This document shows positions 31,183 through 41,049 of a stretch of 64,000 bases of DNA, piece after piece. The number at the start of each line of letters is the position of its first letter. Positions within the stretch are counted from its first letter, which is position 1. Source of the stretch: Eledone cirrhosa (taxonomy: Eukaryota); contig CAXHJY010001669.1 in NCBI GenBank assembly GCA_964016885.1, forward strand, positions 62,001 through 126,000, in the 5' to 3' direction. The notes beneath the pieces were generated by a model. The model worked only from the letters and a program-made list of their open reading frames with translations, made no database searches and was not told the origin of the DNA. Position numbers and translations under genes: made by a program.

Positions 31183-31560
31183 ATGGCATCACTAAAAGCA
31201 GCGATGTCAACATTTAGTCTTGATAACTCGTGTGCAGATGAAGGTACTGGACGACTGCTGTCGACTGTGTCTAGCACGGTTCTGGTGTTACAGCATGCAA
31301 TTTTCAATGAATTGGTTGGTTGTCGCGGACATGCCATTCGAGTTTGCGCAGTTGAGTTTTCAGGTGAAGTGTAGTGTGCACTTAACAGACCCTTCCCTTT
31401 ACACCCTGTATTCGTCTATACTGGTCTAGCAAGCTGAGACGGTGACAGGGAGGTCCTCGGATCATAGGTTTTATATCAAAGTGTCCTTCTCTTAACCTCT
31501 CGCTCAAAAACCTTCCTCGGAAGCACGGGGGTAGCTATCCTGGCTGGGGCGTGATTGCTG
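31183..31560 (-). mobile_element. 5' end (APE N-terminus + 5' UTR) of a different RTE/BovB-like LINE
   Basis: The minus strand encodes LKIACCNTRTVLD...AHELSRLNVDIAAFSD, the APE domain start. The upstream boundary is approximate. Confidence 0.65.
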
Positions 31561-31639
31561 GGTGCTACTAAACATGTCGGTAGATTCAGGGTCATGGAAT
31601 GACGAGTCTTACCACTAAAACTATTTAACTCGTAGGTGG

Positions 31640-31781
31640 GAAGCTGACAGGTACTACCACCCCGGGCCAGAGCTAACCTGGGAATAATGGTGACTAAAAG
31701 GTAACGCCATTCTCCCCAGAAACCCAGAACTCTCGAACTGGAGCCTCACCACCGGATGCAGTTTAGTGTCTGTCCAGGACA
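31640..31781 (-). mobile_element. SINE-like interspersed repeat fragment
   Basis: Minus strand TGTCCTGGACAGACACTAAACTGCATCCGGTGGTGAGGCTCCAGTTC...GGTAGTACCTGTCAG resembles a common cephalopod SINE body (recognition from memory). Confidence 0.45.
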
Positions 31782-31791
31782 ATATATACAT

Positions 31792-31965
31792 GTTACAAAG
31801 AGTCGCGGCCCTTCAGCTGAGCTCTTGCCGTTTCAGCAGCTAGTTCCCTACTCTGTAGCTGTTGAAACGGCAAGAACTCAATCGTCGGGTTCCGACTCTT
31901 TATAATATAGCCAAACTATACTACCGCAAGTATCGAGTACTCTGTTGAGTAATGGTTCTACCCTC
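31792..31965 (+). mobile_element. Fold-back PLE-terminus remnant (family shared with 33623-33782)
   Basis: Imperfect inverted repeat CTTGCCGTTTCAGCAGCTA / TAGCTGTTGAAACGGCAAG. Tail CTACCGCAAGTATCGAGTACTCTG matches the reverse complement of 33665-33689. Confidence 0.6.
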
Positions 31966-31989
31966 ATTTATATATATATATATATATTT

Positions 31990-33105
31990 GAGTTTTTGAG
32001 TATCAGGTATTTGGAGGCCATGGGTTTAGCATACCTGATACTAAAAAACTCAGCAATGTCCAGTAGTGCTAAGTTTAATATTGTGATCGCAGACTTGGTA
32101 CGAGTGATAAAGAACGCGTCCCGCATGTGCGACCCAACAGAAATGGAAAGACACATCCAACACGTCATCAACCGCATGCAGTTCTCTGGCTACAACCAAA
32201 GAGACAGAATCAGAGTATACAAAGGAGCCACGGAGAAGTGTAAGACCCTCATAGAAATGGACATGAAAAGAATTTGCCCATTATACAGGAGCAAATCATG
32301 GAATAGCTTAGATAGGACTAAACATAAGATAGGGAAAGCCTCCACATGGTACGTCAACCAGAGATACCAGAGTGTCATGTTCGTGGATGTTACCCCTGGG
32401 GGGGGGGGGGGGATTAGCTAACCAATGTAGAAAGACCCCAAGAAAGACCCACTTAAAGATTAAAGTGGTAGAAAAGCCAGGAACTACCATAAAATCCCTG
32501 ATCAGCAAAACATACCCCTTTAAGAAAACCCACTGTACTAATAAGAAATGTGTTATATGTAAAGTGAACCCCCAGATAAACTGTAAAACTAGAAATGTAG
32601 TCTATAGCATAAGATGTATAGAGGGTACTTGCAGAAACGTGACAACAACATACATAAGTGAGACAGCTCGAAGCATAGGAGAAAGAATAGACCAACACTG
32701 GGGGGAATTAAAAGGACAAAATAACGGTTCAGTACTATACGAACACGCCAGACAAAAACATGACGGTAATATAGACAACATAGAAATTAAAATACTCTCT
32801 AAACATAGAAATGACCCAACATGTAGGCAAATCAGAGAAGCGAGCGAAATAGAACTTAGAAAACCAAAATTAAACAGAAAAAACGAATGGAATAACAACA
32901 ATAACCATACCCAAACAAACAATACTGACTTAAGAGAAATATAAATAAATAAATAAATATATACGCAAGTACAATAACAACAAACACATAAACACATACT
33001 AGTAAACAAGAGTAGAATACATAAACCAAAACACATACACCCAAACGCGAACACATACACCAAACATTATACACACACGCAAACGCATGCGCAGAGACGG
33101 AGACA

Positions 33106-33144
<39 letters not shown>

Positions 33145-33385
33145 AATAAAAATGGCGTGAACATTACAATACAACACAATAGGAGGAAACATGATAATAG
33201 TACCACTGATGATGTTGCAGATGTGCAACGAAAGAACTTTGTTAGACTATATATATGTATTTATATCTGTATTTTTAACCGCTGGTCAGTCAATGATAAA
33301 CATTGATTGCTAAATAAATTAACTATGGAGATATAAAAGATGTAGAAGCAAAAACCAACCAAACAGTGAGTGTGTTCTGTTATTA
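31990..33385 (+). mobile_element. 5'-truncated Penelope-like retroelement: RT thumb + Cys linker + GIY-YIG endonuclease (CCHH type), 3' UTR
   Basis: ORFs 31945-32421 and 32372-32944 are split at the G-run 32398-32412. Motifs CTNKKCVIC...C...VVYSIRC...C...YISETARS..ER..QH...EH...H...RQIREA..LNRKNEW. Begins next to (TA)n. Confidence 0.85.
33197..33250 (+). ncRNA. Degenerate hammerhead ribozyme motif in PLE 3' UTR
   Basis: CTGATGA(33206)-T-GTTGCA/TGCAAC-GAAA(33230); stems I and III are imperfect. Confidence 0.5.
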
Positions 33386-33488
33386 TTTCTGGCAATATAA
33401 AGTACCAGTAATACACTGGGTAATTGCTGGCCTTGTGCCTAACGTAGAAACAATTATTTCTGGCAATATTATTACAACAATATAAGTA

Positions 33489-33533
<45 letters not shown>

Positions 33534-33580
33534 TTACACACACGCACACACACTCATATATATATGCTTACACATACATA

Positions 33581-33622
<42 letters not shown>

Positions 33623-33623
<1 letters not shown>

Positions 33624-33782
33624 CAAAGGAATTGTGGTAATGAACCAGAAGGACCATAACGCACCAGAGTACTCAATACTTAGGGTAGTAGAGTGGGAAA
33701 TAGGAAAAAGTATGACCCCGACGGCAGAGCTCAAGCCGTTTCGACGGCTATTTCTGGACTAGTCCAGAAATAGCCGTCGAAA
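33623..33782 (-). mobile_element. PLE-terminus remnant with half hammerhead and perfect 44-bp palindrome, in (TA)n
   Basis: Minus strand GAAA-CGGC-TTGAGCTCT-GCCG-TC-GGGG (33716-33742); perfect palindrome 33739-33782; TA runs on both sides. Confidence 0.65.
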
Positions 33783-33815
33783 TATATATATACTTATATA
33801 TATATATATATATAT

Positions 33816-34026
33816 GCTCACAGACATCCAGAGTTGACATTGCACTCAGTGCTCCTTTGGGAGCCCCTACATGGACACACTAGAAGAGGAAGACCAAGGT
33901 TAACATATGTTGATGCCCTAAGGACAGACACTGGTCTGTTGGAGATGCAGGATATGGCAGCGATAATGAGGGACAGAGACCGCTGGAGAGAACTCGTCCA
34001 TGGATCTCGGGAATTTTACCCGCCTT

Positions 34027-34028
<2 letters not shown>
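33816..34028 (+). mobile_element. 3' end of an RTE-like LINE ORF
   Basis: LLWEPLHGHTRRGRPRLTYVDALRTDTG...MRDRDRWR, the typical RTE C-terminal GRP...DR..W motif; flanked by (TA)n. Confidence 0.75.
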
Positions 34029-34063
<35 letters not shown>

Positions 34064-34254
34064 GTTATGCACGAGTGCATTAATGTTTTCCAGGACACAG
34101 TGTTATGTACCGTGTAGTGGAATGTCAGCTTACAACAGAGTGGTGCTCAACGAAATGCAGAAAAAAGGTGTATATTCCAGTTTAGCTATATTCCGGGGCG
34201 TGTATAAAGAATTAAAAAGAACAGAAAGATGCAGTAAAAGAGATTTAATTCGGT

Positions 34255-34369
34255 TCTTACGTACGTTTCAATAGACATCAGTTTGCCTAGATCTCGCTAC
34301 ATCTATAATATTATATCTTTATAAGAGCATTCGATATCCAATGCACAATCGATCCCATATCATCAGAGA
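34255..34369 (-). ncRNA. Type I hammerhead motif, long stem II (mirror of 35952-36066)
   Basis: Plus strand shows TCT-TA-CGTACG-TTTC (34255-34269) ... TCATCAG-AGA (34360-34369). Confidence 0.6.
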
Positions 34370-34768
34370 TTATGTTTACCGCCCCAGAATGTTCAGGTTT
34401 TTATAGGAATTCATGTGAAGTAGAGAAGAAGGAGGATGTGACAAAAACGAGAGAGATAGGGGGGTTTTTCATAGTTGTTGAGGTAAAACAGAGGGGAGGA
34501 TAAAATATGATAATGAAGTCTAGATATGGACTAGTCCAACTATGTGTGTGTGTGTGCTAGAGAGATGGTAGACGTTGATAGGTTTACGATCTATGATAGA
34601 TGGAGGCAAGGGAGATTATGTCGAGTGACTTGTTAAGTATGTAGGAGGAGATGTTGAATAGGGGAGATGTTGAATAGGGGAGATGTGGTTAATAGAAGGC
34701 ATAGCAATAATCCATGGGGATAGATAGAGGAGGTAGAAGGAAGATAGAGGAAGGAAGAAGTCGCAGGA

Positions 34769-35488
34769 TCAAATCAAGCCAGGTTTGTATTTAGAGAAGG
34801 TAGCCTTGAGTCTGTGATTGCAATATAGAGTCCTTTCCGTTCTGTTGTTGAGAAGAGTATATTTGGATTTTAGTATGTAAAATAGCTCCATATTGCATAA
34901 TCGGCAGTAAGGCTGGCCTGCACGATATGCGGAAGCACTAGAAAGTTTTGTCCATTTCAAAGTGTATTGCAGGTTACTTTCGCGCAACTGCCAAATTGTA
35001 TTGGCTAAGGTAGTTACGGAACGGTATTTGATGTTCTTTATCGAACTACGGTGTTGGTACCAACGAGATTTAAAAGTGGTAGAGGTACAGCCGATATAGT
35101 GCCATCTTCGGTTATCCGATTCAACGGTGCATTGATACACCAAATTGGATTCCATGCATTTGTTATTCAGAGGGCAACGATCAGGTAGGTTGCAGTTGCA
35201 CTTATCAGCTCCTGTAGTATTATTATCTTGTACAGATTGCGTTAGGTTTATATGTGTGTCTGCTGCAGGAGGGTTTACATTCAGTGGTTGAGAGTTTGAG
35301 GAAGTGTTAATGTAGTTTGGGGTGCTTCGTGTGGATGTGCTGACTAATCGTTCGGAGTTAAGTTTTTTAATAATTAGATCGAGATTGGGCGCTGTAGAAT
35401 ATGAAAGCTTAATGGACCTTAGATTTAGTATCTTAGCGTATCGACGTGTAGGAGGAAAATGTGTTTTGATTAAATTGAAGAAAATCAC
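34769..35488 (-). pseudogene. PLE GIY-YIG endonuclease domain (5'-truncated, otherwise uninterrupted)
   Basis: KLSYS...CNCNLPDRCPLNNKC...LVYQC...YIGCT...FKSRWYQH...CRLCNME...LLNNRTE...CNH. Confidence 0.85.
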
Positions 35489-35951
35489 AGACTCAAGGCT
35501 ACCTTCTCTAAAATCACAGACTCAAGGCTACCTTCTCTAAATACAAACCTGGCTTGATTTGATCCTGCGACTTCTGCCTTCCTCTATCTTCCTTCTACCT
35601 CCTCTATCTATCCCCATGGATTATTGCTATGCCTTCTATTAACCACATCTCCCCTATTCAACATCTCCTCCTACATACTTTACAAGTCACTCGACATAAT
35701 CTCCCTTGCCTCCATCTATCATAGATCGTAAACCTATCAACGTCTACCATCTCTCTAGCACACACACACACATAGTTGGACTAGTCCATATCTAGACTTT
35801 ATTATCATATTTTATCCTCCCCTCTGTTTTACCTCAACAACTATGAAAAACCCCCCTATCTCTCTCGTTTTTGTCACATCCTCCTTCTTCTCTACTTCAA
35901 CTACACATGAATTCCTATAAAAACCTGAACATTCTGGGGCGGTAAACATAA

Positions 35952-36066
35952 TCTCTGATGATATGGGATCGATTGTGCATTGGATATCGAATGCTCTTAT
36001 CAATATATAATATTATAGATGTAGCGAGATCTAGGCAAACTGATGTCTATTGAAACGTACGTAAGA
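35952..36066 (+). ncRNA. Type I hammerhead motif, ~90-nt stem II region
   Basis: TCT-CTGATGA(35955)...GAAA(36052)-CGTACG-TA-AGA; palindromic stem III ACGTACGT. Confidence 0.6.
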
Positions 36067-36134
36067 ACCGAATTAAATCTCTTTTACTGCATCTTTCTGT
36101 TCTTTTTAATTCTTTATATATATATATGTGTGTG

Positions 36135-36470
36135 TAGAGGTTATATTTAATTTGTTGGGATTCAACAAGCTTAAACATTTTTATAACTGATATAAAGCAC
36201 TCAACAAGTTAGTGGAGTAAATACACAATATATTAATAAATGGAAACTATATTTATAAAGCCATACTTATTTTATTATACATATTTCAACCTTAACGGAT
36301 AGCTATCCAGGAAGCTCCAACCGTTAAGGTTGTCAATATTTATTTATAAAACTAATCTGTATTTTATCTGATGAAAGCGCACCATAATTTGCCTTGGTTG
36401 CCCTTGAAATATGTATAATAAAATAAATATAGTTTTATAAATATAGTTTCCATTTATTAATATATTGTAT
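36135..36470. mobile_element. Non-coding fold-back PLE-terminus element
   Basis: Arms ~36224-36290 and ~36404-36468 are imperfect reverse complements; nested hairpin CAACCTTAACGG/CCGTTAAGGTTG; TA/TG flanks. Confidence 0.75.
36360..36425 (+). ncRNA. Type I hammerhead ribozyme motif
   Basis: TATTTTAT-CTGATGA(36368)-AAGCGCACCA/TGGTTGCCCTT-GAAA(36406)-TATGTA-TA-ATAAAATA; perfect 8-bp stem I; predicted cleavage after 36417. Confidence 0.8.
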
Positions 36471-36484
36471 ATATATATATATAT

Positions 36485-36688
36485 ATTATAAGCTTTCACC
36501 GTATTTTAGACTAAAGAAATTTCTAGCCTGATAGTGGGGTTTATAACCCTCGGAGAAATGGAAAAAGATGAGTGTTGCTGTACAAATTTCTTTAGTCTAA
36601 AATACGGTGAAAGCTTATAATTTCTAATTTTAAACTCTCGCACCGTTTCACAAAAACATACTTACATGTTTACGTTTATAATTTGCTT

Positions 36689-36690
<2 letters not shown>
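36485..36690. mobile_element. Fold-back element in (TA)n, probably PLE-derived
   Basis: 38-bp inverted repeat ATTATAAGCTTTCACCGTATTTTAGACTAAAGAAATTT / AAATTTCTTTAGTCTAAAATACGGTGAAAGCTTATAAT; no convincing ribozyme core. Confidence 0.55.
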
Positions 36691-36737
<47 letters not shown>

Positions 36738-36740
<3 letters not shown>

Positions 36741-37106
36741 GGTTTTGGATGCTGAAAGCGTCCATTTGCGGTAGGCCGTTTGAGCACTCGATGATATAAT
36801 AGAGCAGAGTATGATATCACAGAAAAAAGAGAATCAGTGTTGCGACGAATGGAATTTATTGGACATATTACAATCGTTTCTCTGGCGACCAGCTCGAGGC
36901 ACGATCGATGTGATTCTACGAAGCAGATTTTCCTTAATAAGGAAATTCTTTTCGTAGAATCAAGACGTATCTAAAGACCTTGCGATTTTCAGAGTCGGGT
37001 TCGATCATCACATCGATCGTGCCTCGAGCTGGTCGCCAGAGAAACGATTGTAATATGTCCAATAAATTCCATTCGTCGCAACATTGATTCTTTTTTTTCT
37101 GTGATA
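36738..37106. mobile_element. Non-coding fold-back PLE-terminus element (family shared with 61101-61263)
   Basis: ~100-bp arms 36813-36914 and 37007-37106; nested hairpin GATTCTACGAA/TTCGTAGAATC; hammerhead with a mutated core (CTAAAGA at 36971). Confidence 0.8.
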
Positions 37107-37172
37107 TATATATATATATATATATATATCAAAATGAAAATCCGAAGGCAATGTAAAATTCCAATCATTTAA

Positions 37173-37246
37173 TCACGACACATGTTTCAATAAGAGATAG
37201 ATCGATTGTGAAGCCATGATCGATTATCACTGATCTCATCAGATGA
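37173..37246 (-). ncRNA. Type I hammerhead motif (mirror of 37380-37453)
   Basis: Plus strand shows TCAC-GA-CACATG-TTTC ... TCATCAG(37236)-ATGA. Confidence 0.7.
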
Positions 37247-37379
37247 AAATGAATTGTCTTCAAATTCTTGATATGAAGGAGAAAAAATAACGATGTTCTC
37301 TCATATGAGGGAATGAATTCTGTGAGAGAACATCGTTATTTTTTCTCCCTCATATCAAGAATTTGAAGACAATTCATTT

Positions 37380-37453
37380 TCACCTGATGAGATCAGTGAT
37401 AATCGATCATGGCTTCACAATCGATCTATCTCTTATTGAAACATGTGTCGTGA
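37380..37453 (+). ncRNA. Type I hammerhead ribozyme motif
   Basis: TCAC-CTGATGA(37384)-47-nt stem II region-GAAA(37438)-CATGTG-TC-GTGA; GUC cleavage triplet ending at 37449. Confidence 0.75.
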
Positions 37454-37656
37454 TTAAATGATTGGAATTTTACATTGCCTTCGGATTTTCATTTTGATAC
37501 TTATACTCCGTTTTACATCATCTAGCTGTTTCCTCGAATGGAATTGGAGATATACAAAAGCGTGGAGAACTTAATATTGCTAACATAAAGTTATTGGACC
37601 ATTTTACACAACCAATATTGCACCTTACTATATAACAACTATATATATATATACAC

Positions 37657-37688
<32 letters not shown>

Positions 37689-38474
37689 ATCTATATATAC
37701 ATATATATGTATGTACATATATAGATACTACCATTGCCTTTGGTTTTATTGCAAGTTTTATTGCTTGTAGATTCTACCCAATGCCAGGCAAAGTCCCTGG
37801 GAAACTGAGTTGGCGACAGTATTCATGAGTGAGTGTGTGTATGCGTGTATATGTATATAAATTTAGCTACACTCTATCATCACTGATTCTGGTTTTCACC
37901 AATATCTTTTCTTTTGATTTCTGATTCCGAACGGAATTGTTTGACCAACTGCTTTTGTTAATTACTTTATTTGTTTGTTTGTTTTTTTTATTTGGTTTCT
38001 TTCTCTAAGACAATTATCGGTGATTTAAATAAAATTGTTATCAATATTTTATATTTAACATTTTTTTTAGACTTTATTTTGACTTTATAATAATTTACAG
38101 ACTTTTAGACCTAAAAAAAGATTTATTTGCTATTTTTGATCAACATAAGTTTTTTCTGCCATTTCTATGCCATTTTAAACATTAATAAAGTTAAATATTT
38201 TAGCCAAAAAATTGCCCTAGTAATGACATTTGGGTCATTCCAGTGAAATTCAACAGGGATCCAGCCCGGAGGTCTTCAGATTTTCTTCAAATTTTCACCA
38301 TTTATAGGTATCCATTGCTCCATAGCACTCACCACTCATATTTTATGGCCATATAAATATTTGGACAATTTCCGTAATTTTGAAAATATTGAATTTATTT
38401 GATTTTTAGATGCCTAGTACTCCAAGTGGCTTTTATCCCTTGCCTTTGGAACTTGATTTCCTTCAAACACAAAA

Positions 38475-39983
38475 AGTTAAGAGAGGGGCTGAGCTGTCAA
38501 CTGATCACCATCTAGTTAACTTCAACTTGAGACCGTCAAAAAAGCCCACAAAACTGGCAGGCCCAGGTCAACTTACAGGATAAAGTGAGAAGCTTTGGCA
38601 GATAAAGAAGTCAGGACCAGGTATGCGGATACTATTGCTTCCAAATTTGAGATCTACCTGAGCAAACTGAAGACGTTGAAAGGTTCCGCTCGGTAGTTTC
38701 TGTTTCAGTTATTAAATGTTGAGGCGAAAGTTGGCTTGGTGTGGTGTCGGGTGGCAGGAGGTGCTTTGGTCCTATCAAGATATCAAAGATACCACCTGAG
38801 CACAGAAGGGGGTCTACAAAAATTTGCTTGTAAATAAGTCCTCCTTGCACTTGTGGTACAAGCAGGCGCGAAAAGTCGCAGCAGAGACAGTTAAGGCACC
38901 CAAAGTTAAGACATGGGAGGTTTTGGAGATTAAGCTGGAATCTGACTTAGATCTGCAAATAAAATGTTCTGGTAGATTATCCACCGACTTCGTAATAAAA
39001 AGTCTTCCTCCACATCTGTTATCAGAACCTGCTGTGGAAGGTTCTGCAGGAGAATGGGATCGATGGACAGTTTCTTATTGCCCTGATGTTTCTTTATGAA
39101 TGTCTTAGTATTTGTGTTCGGATAAATAGTGCTAAATCGAAATCTTTCAATGTGGGATTCGGACTCCGCCAAGGGTGCGTACTGTCACCTCTCCTGTTAA
39201 TAATCTTCGTGAATTAGATTGACATGCGGTGCCAGGTTGGAAGTGGTATCACGAATGGCGGGTGTAAGATCATGACTGGCGGGTTTGATGCCGAGTGGTG
39301 CACTGCAGGAATGAAAATCTGTGCTGCGACGACTGAGACACACGTCCTCTCAAGGAGGCCTGCACAGTGCACTCTACATGTGAATGGAGTTCCACTGAAG
39401 CAGGTGGAGAAGTTCAAGTATCTCGGGGCTGTGTTCACGATTGATGGGAGGTAATACACTAGCTTCAGCATTCAGTAACAAGAAGAGTGAGGTAGATGTA
39501 AAAACCAAATTCGCTATCTTCATTTCGGTATTTCTTCTAACCCTTACTTACCTATGGTCATGAATCTTGGATAATGGCCGAAAGAATACAAGCGGACTAA
39601 ATGAGGTTCTTCCGAAGGGTCTTTGGAGTAACGTTACTCAATAGAGTGCGTAACTCGGAGATCAGAGAGTCGCTCCAGGGAGAGCAGCTACTTCTTGAGA
39701 ATTGAGAGATTACCGCTCTGATACTATGGGCATGTGGTTAGAATGTCTCAGAAAAGAATCACTTGACAGATTGTATGGGCAAAACCAACCGGCAGGAGAC
39801 CCCGAGCACGATGGGTGGATAACATCCATGAGCTCGGCTGGTCTCGCTTGGAGATTCAGCCGGATGTATTGGAAACGGTTGCTTCTGACAGCACTCGCTG
39901 GAAGGAGTGTTTGAGGACTCAGCCCCTACGACACTCTCAGGAATTCGTGGGAGAAGAAGAAGAAGAAGAAGAAGAAGAAGAAG
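38475..39983 (+). mobile_element. Decayed, internally deleted RTE LINE with (GAA)n tail
   Basis: RGAELSTDHHLV (APE end), GLRQGCVLSPLL, LKQVEKFKYLG, WVDNIHELGWSRL; (GAA)n at 39952-39982. Confidence 0.88.
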
Positions 39984-41049
39984 CCCTGTCATGTTTTGAT
40001 GAGAATGTTTCACCAATATTTTCTATATTAACCCAGAGCTGTATTTCTTATACATGTACATAATTATTTTTTTTGTCCCATGGGACTATATTAGTCTTTG
40101 TTAAGTTTAGTTTGACGAGAGTTTTGATAAGAATGCCTCAACAGTATTATTTGTGTTGAAGCATATGTACTCAATATTTTCTATATTCATCCCGCATCAG
40201 TTTTTCTTAAACATGGCATTATATATTATTTTATTAACAACTTCATACAACATTGGAATGTGGCACCTTAACGACATTTTGAAGTAGGTGTTGATCTCAG
40301 GTGTAATACTTATCACAAAAATGTGACTCACTCGACATTTTCAGTAGCATCTTAGAGGTTTAAGATGCTTCAAAGTCTGGTTTGTTTATAAAGTATCTTG
40401 TAGTTATCTTCTCTTTTATAACAAAATCTTAACCTTCAAAATGTGACATGATATCACAGTCAGGAATCCAAGACAAGCTACACTGTAATACCTTAATAAC
40501 ATTTTGGCGGAGAAACTGCTGATCACATACATGTGTAATATCTTGCATAGAAAGGTGACACAATCGACATTTTTGATGTTCACTGTTTCATTAAATATTT
40601 GGTCGATTCTTCCCCTTTCCCATTCTCTGGAAGAAATCAGTTACGTTCCGACCTACAGAGGGATTATATGGTAAGGGACTTCTTCATGATTAAAATGCCC
40701 AAGGCACACCGTGTGTCAGGATAGCGCCCCTACGATTCCATCAAGAAGTAAGGACTCTTTACCTTATCAATCACCTGCACTTAAATAGTTAAAATATAAC
40801 CTTCACTGTATACCACGATGTAACGGTGGCAAGCCCAAAAGAAGCTGTACTTTCTGGTCGATATTTGAGCCTCATACTTAAGTTTGCAGGAAACATATCA
40901 ATGTAATGTATATGCCCTCTCCGCGTTGATCTTTGCTATCTATTGTAGACCAGTGTCTGCTGAGGGTCTGGGTCCAATGGAATTTCACCGCGAATTCTCG
41001 AGGAATTATCTACCAATCTTTATTATTAAGCCCCCGGTTGATGTATTTA

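Larger units (their letters stand above)
34059..36116 (-). mobile_element. 5'-truncated Penelope-like element with inverted pseudo-LTR
   Basis: GIY-YIG ORF on the minus strand. 34203-34820 is the near-perfect reverse complement of 35483-36116. Both ends abut (TA)n. Confidence 0.9.
37127..37640. mobile_element. Non-coding fold-back PLE-terminus element with a hammerhead on each arm
   Basis: ~175-bp near-perfect arms 37127-37303 and 37323-37499; (TA)n on both sides. Confidence 0.85.

Noticed and set aside
36524-36560. Hammerhead-like CTGATAG...GGGTTTATAACCC...GAGAAA
   Set aside because: The core boxes deviate and no stem I/III closes.
39990-41045. Host gene exons in the apparently unique sequence (also 37740-38470, 63300-64000)
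   Set aside because: No recognisable protein motif or convincing ORF; small exons cannot be excluded without transcript data.
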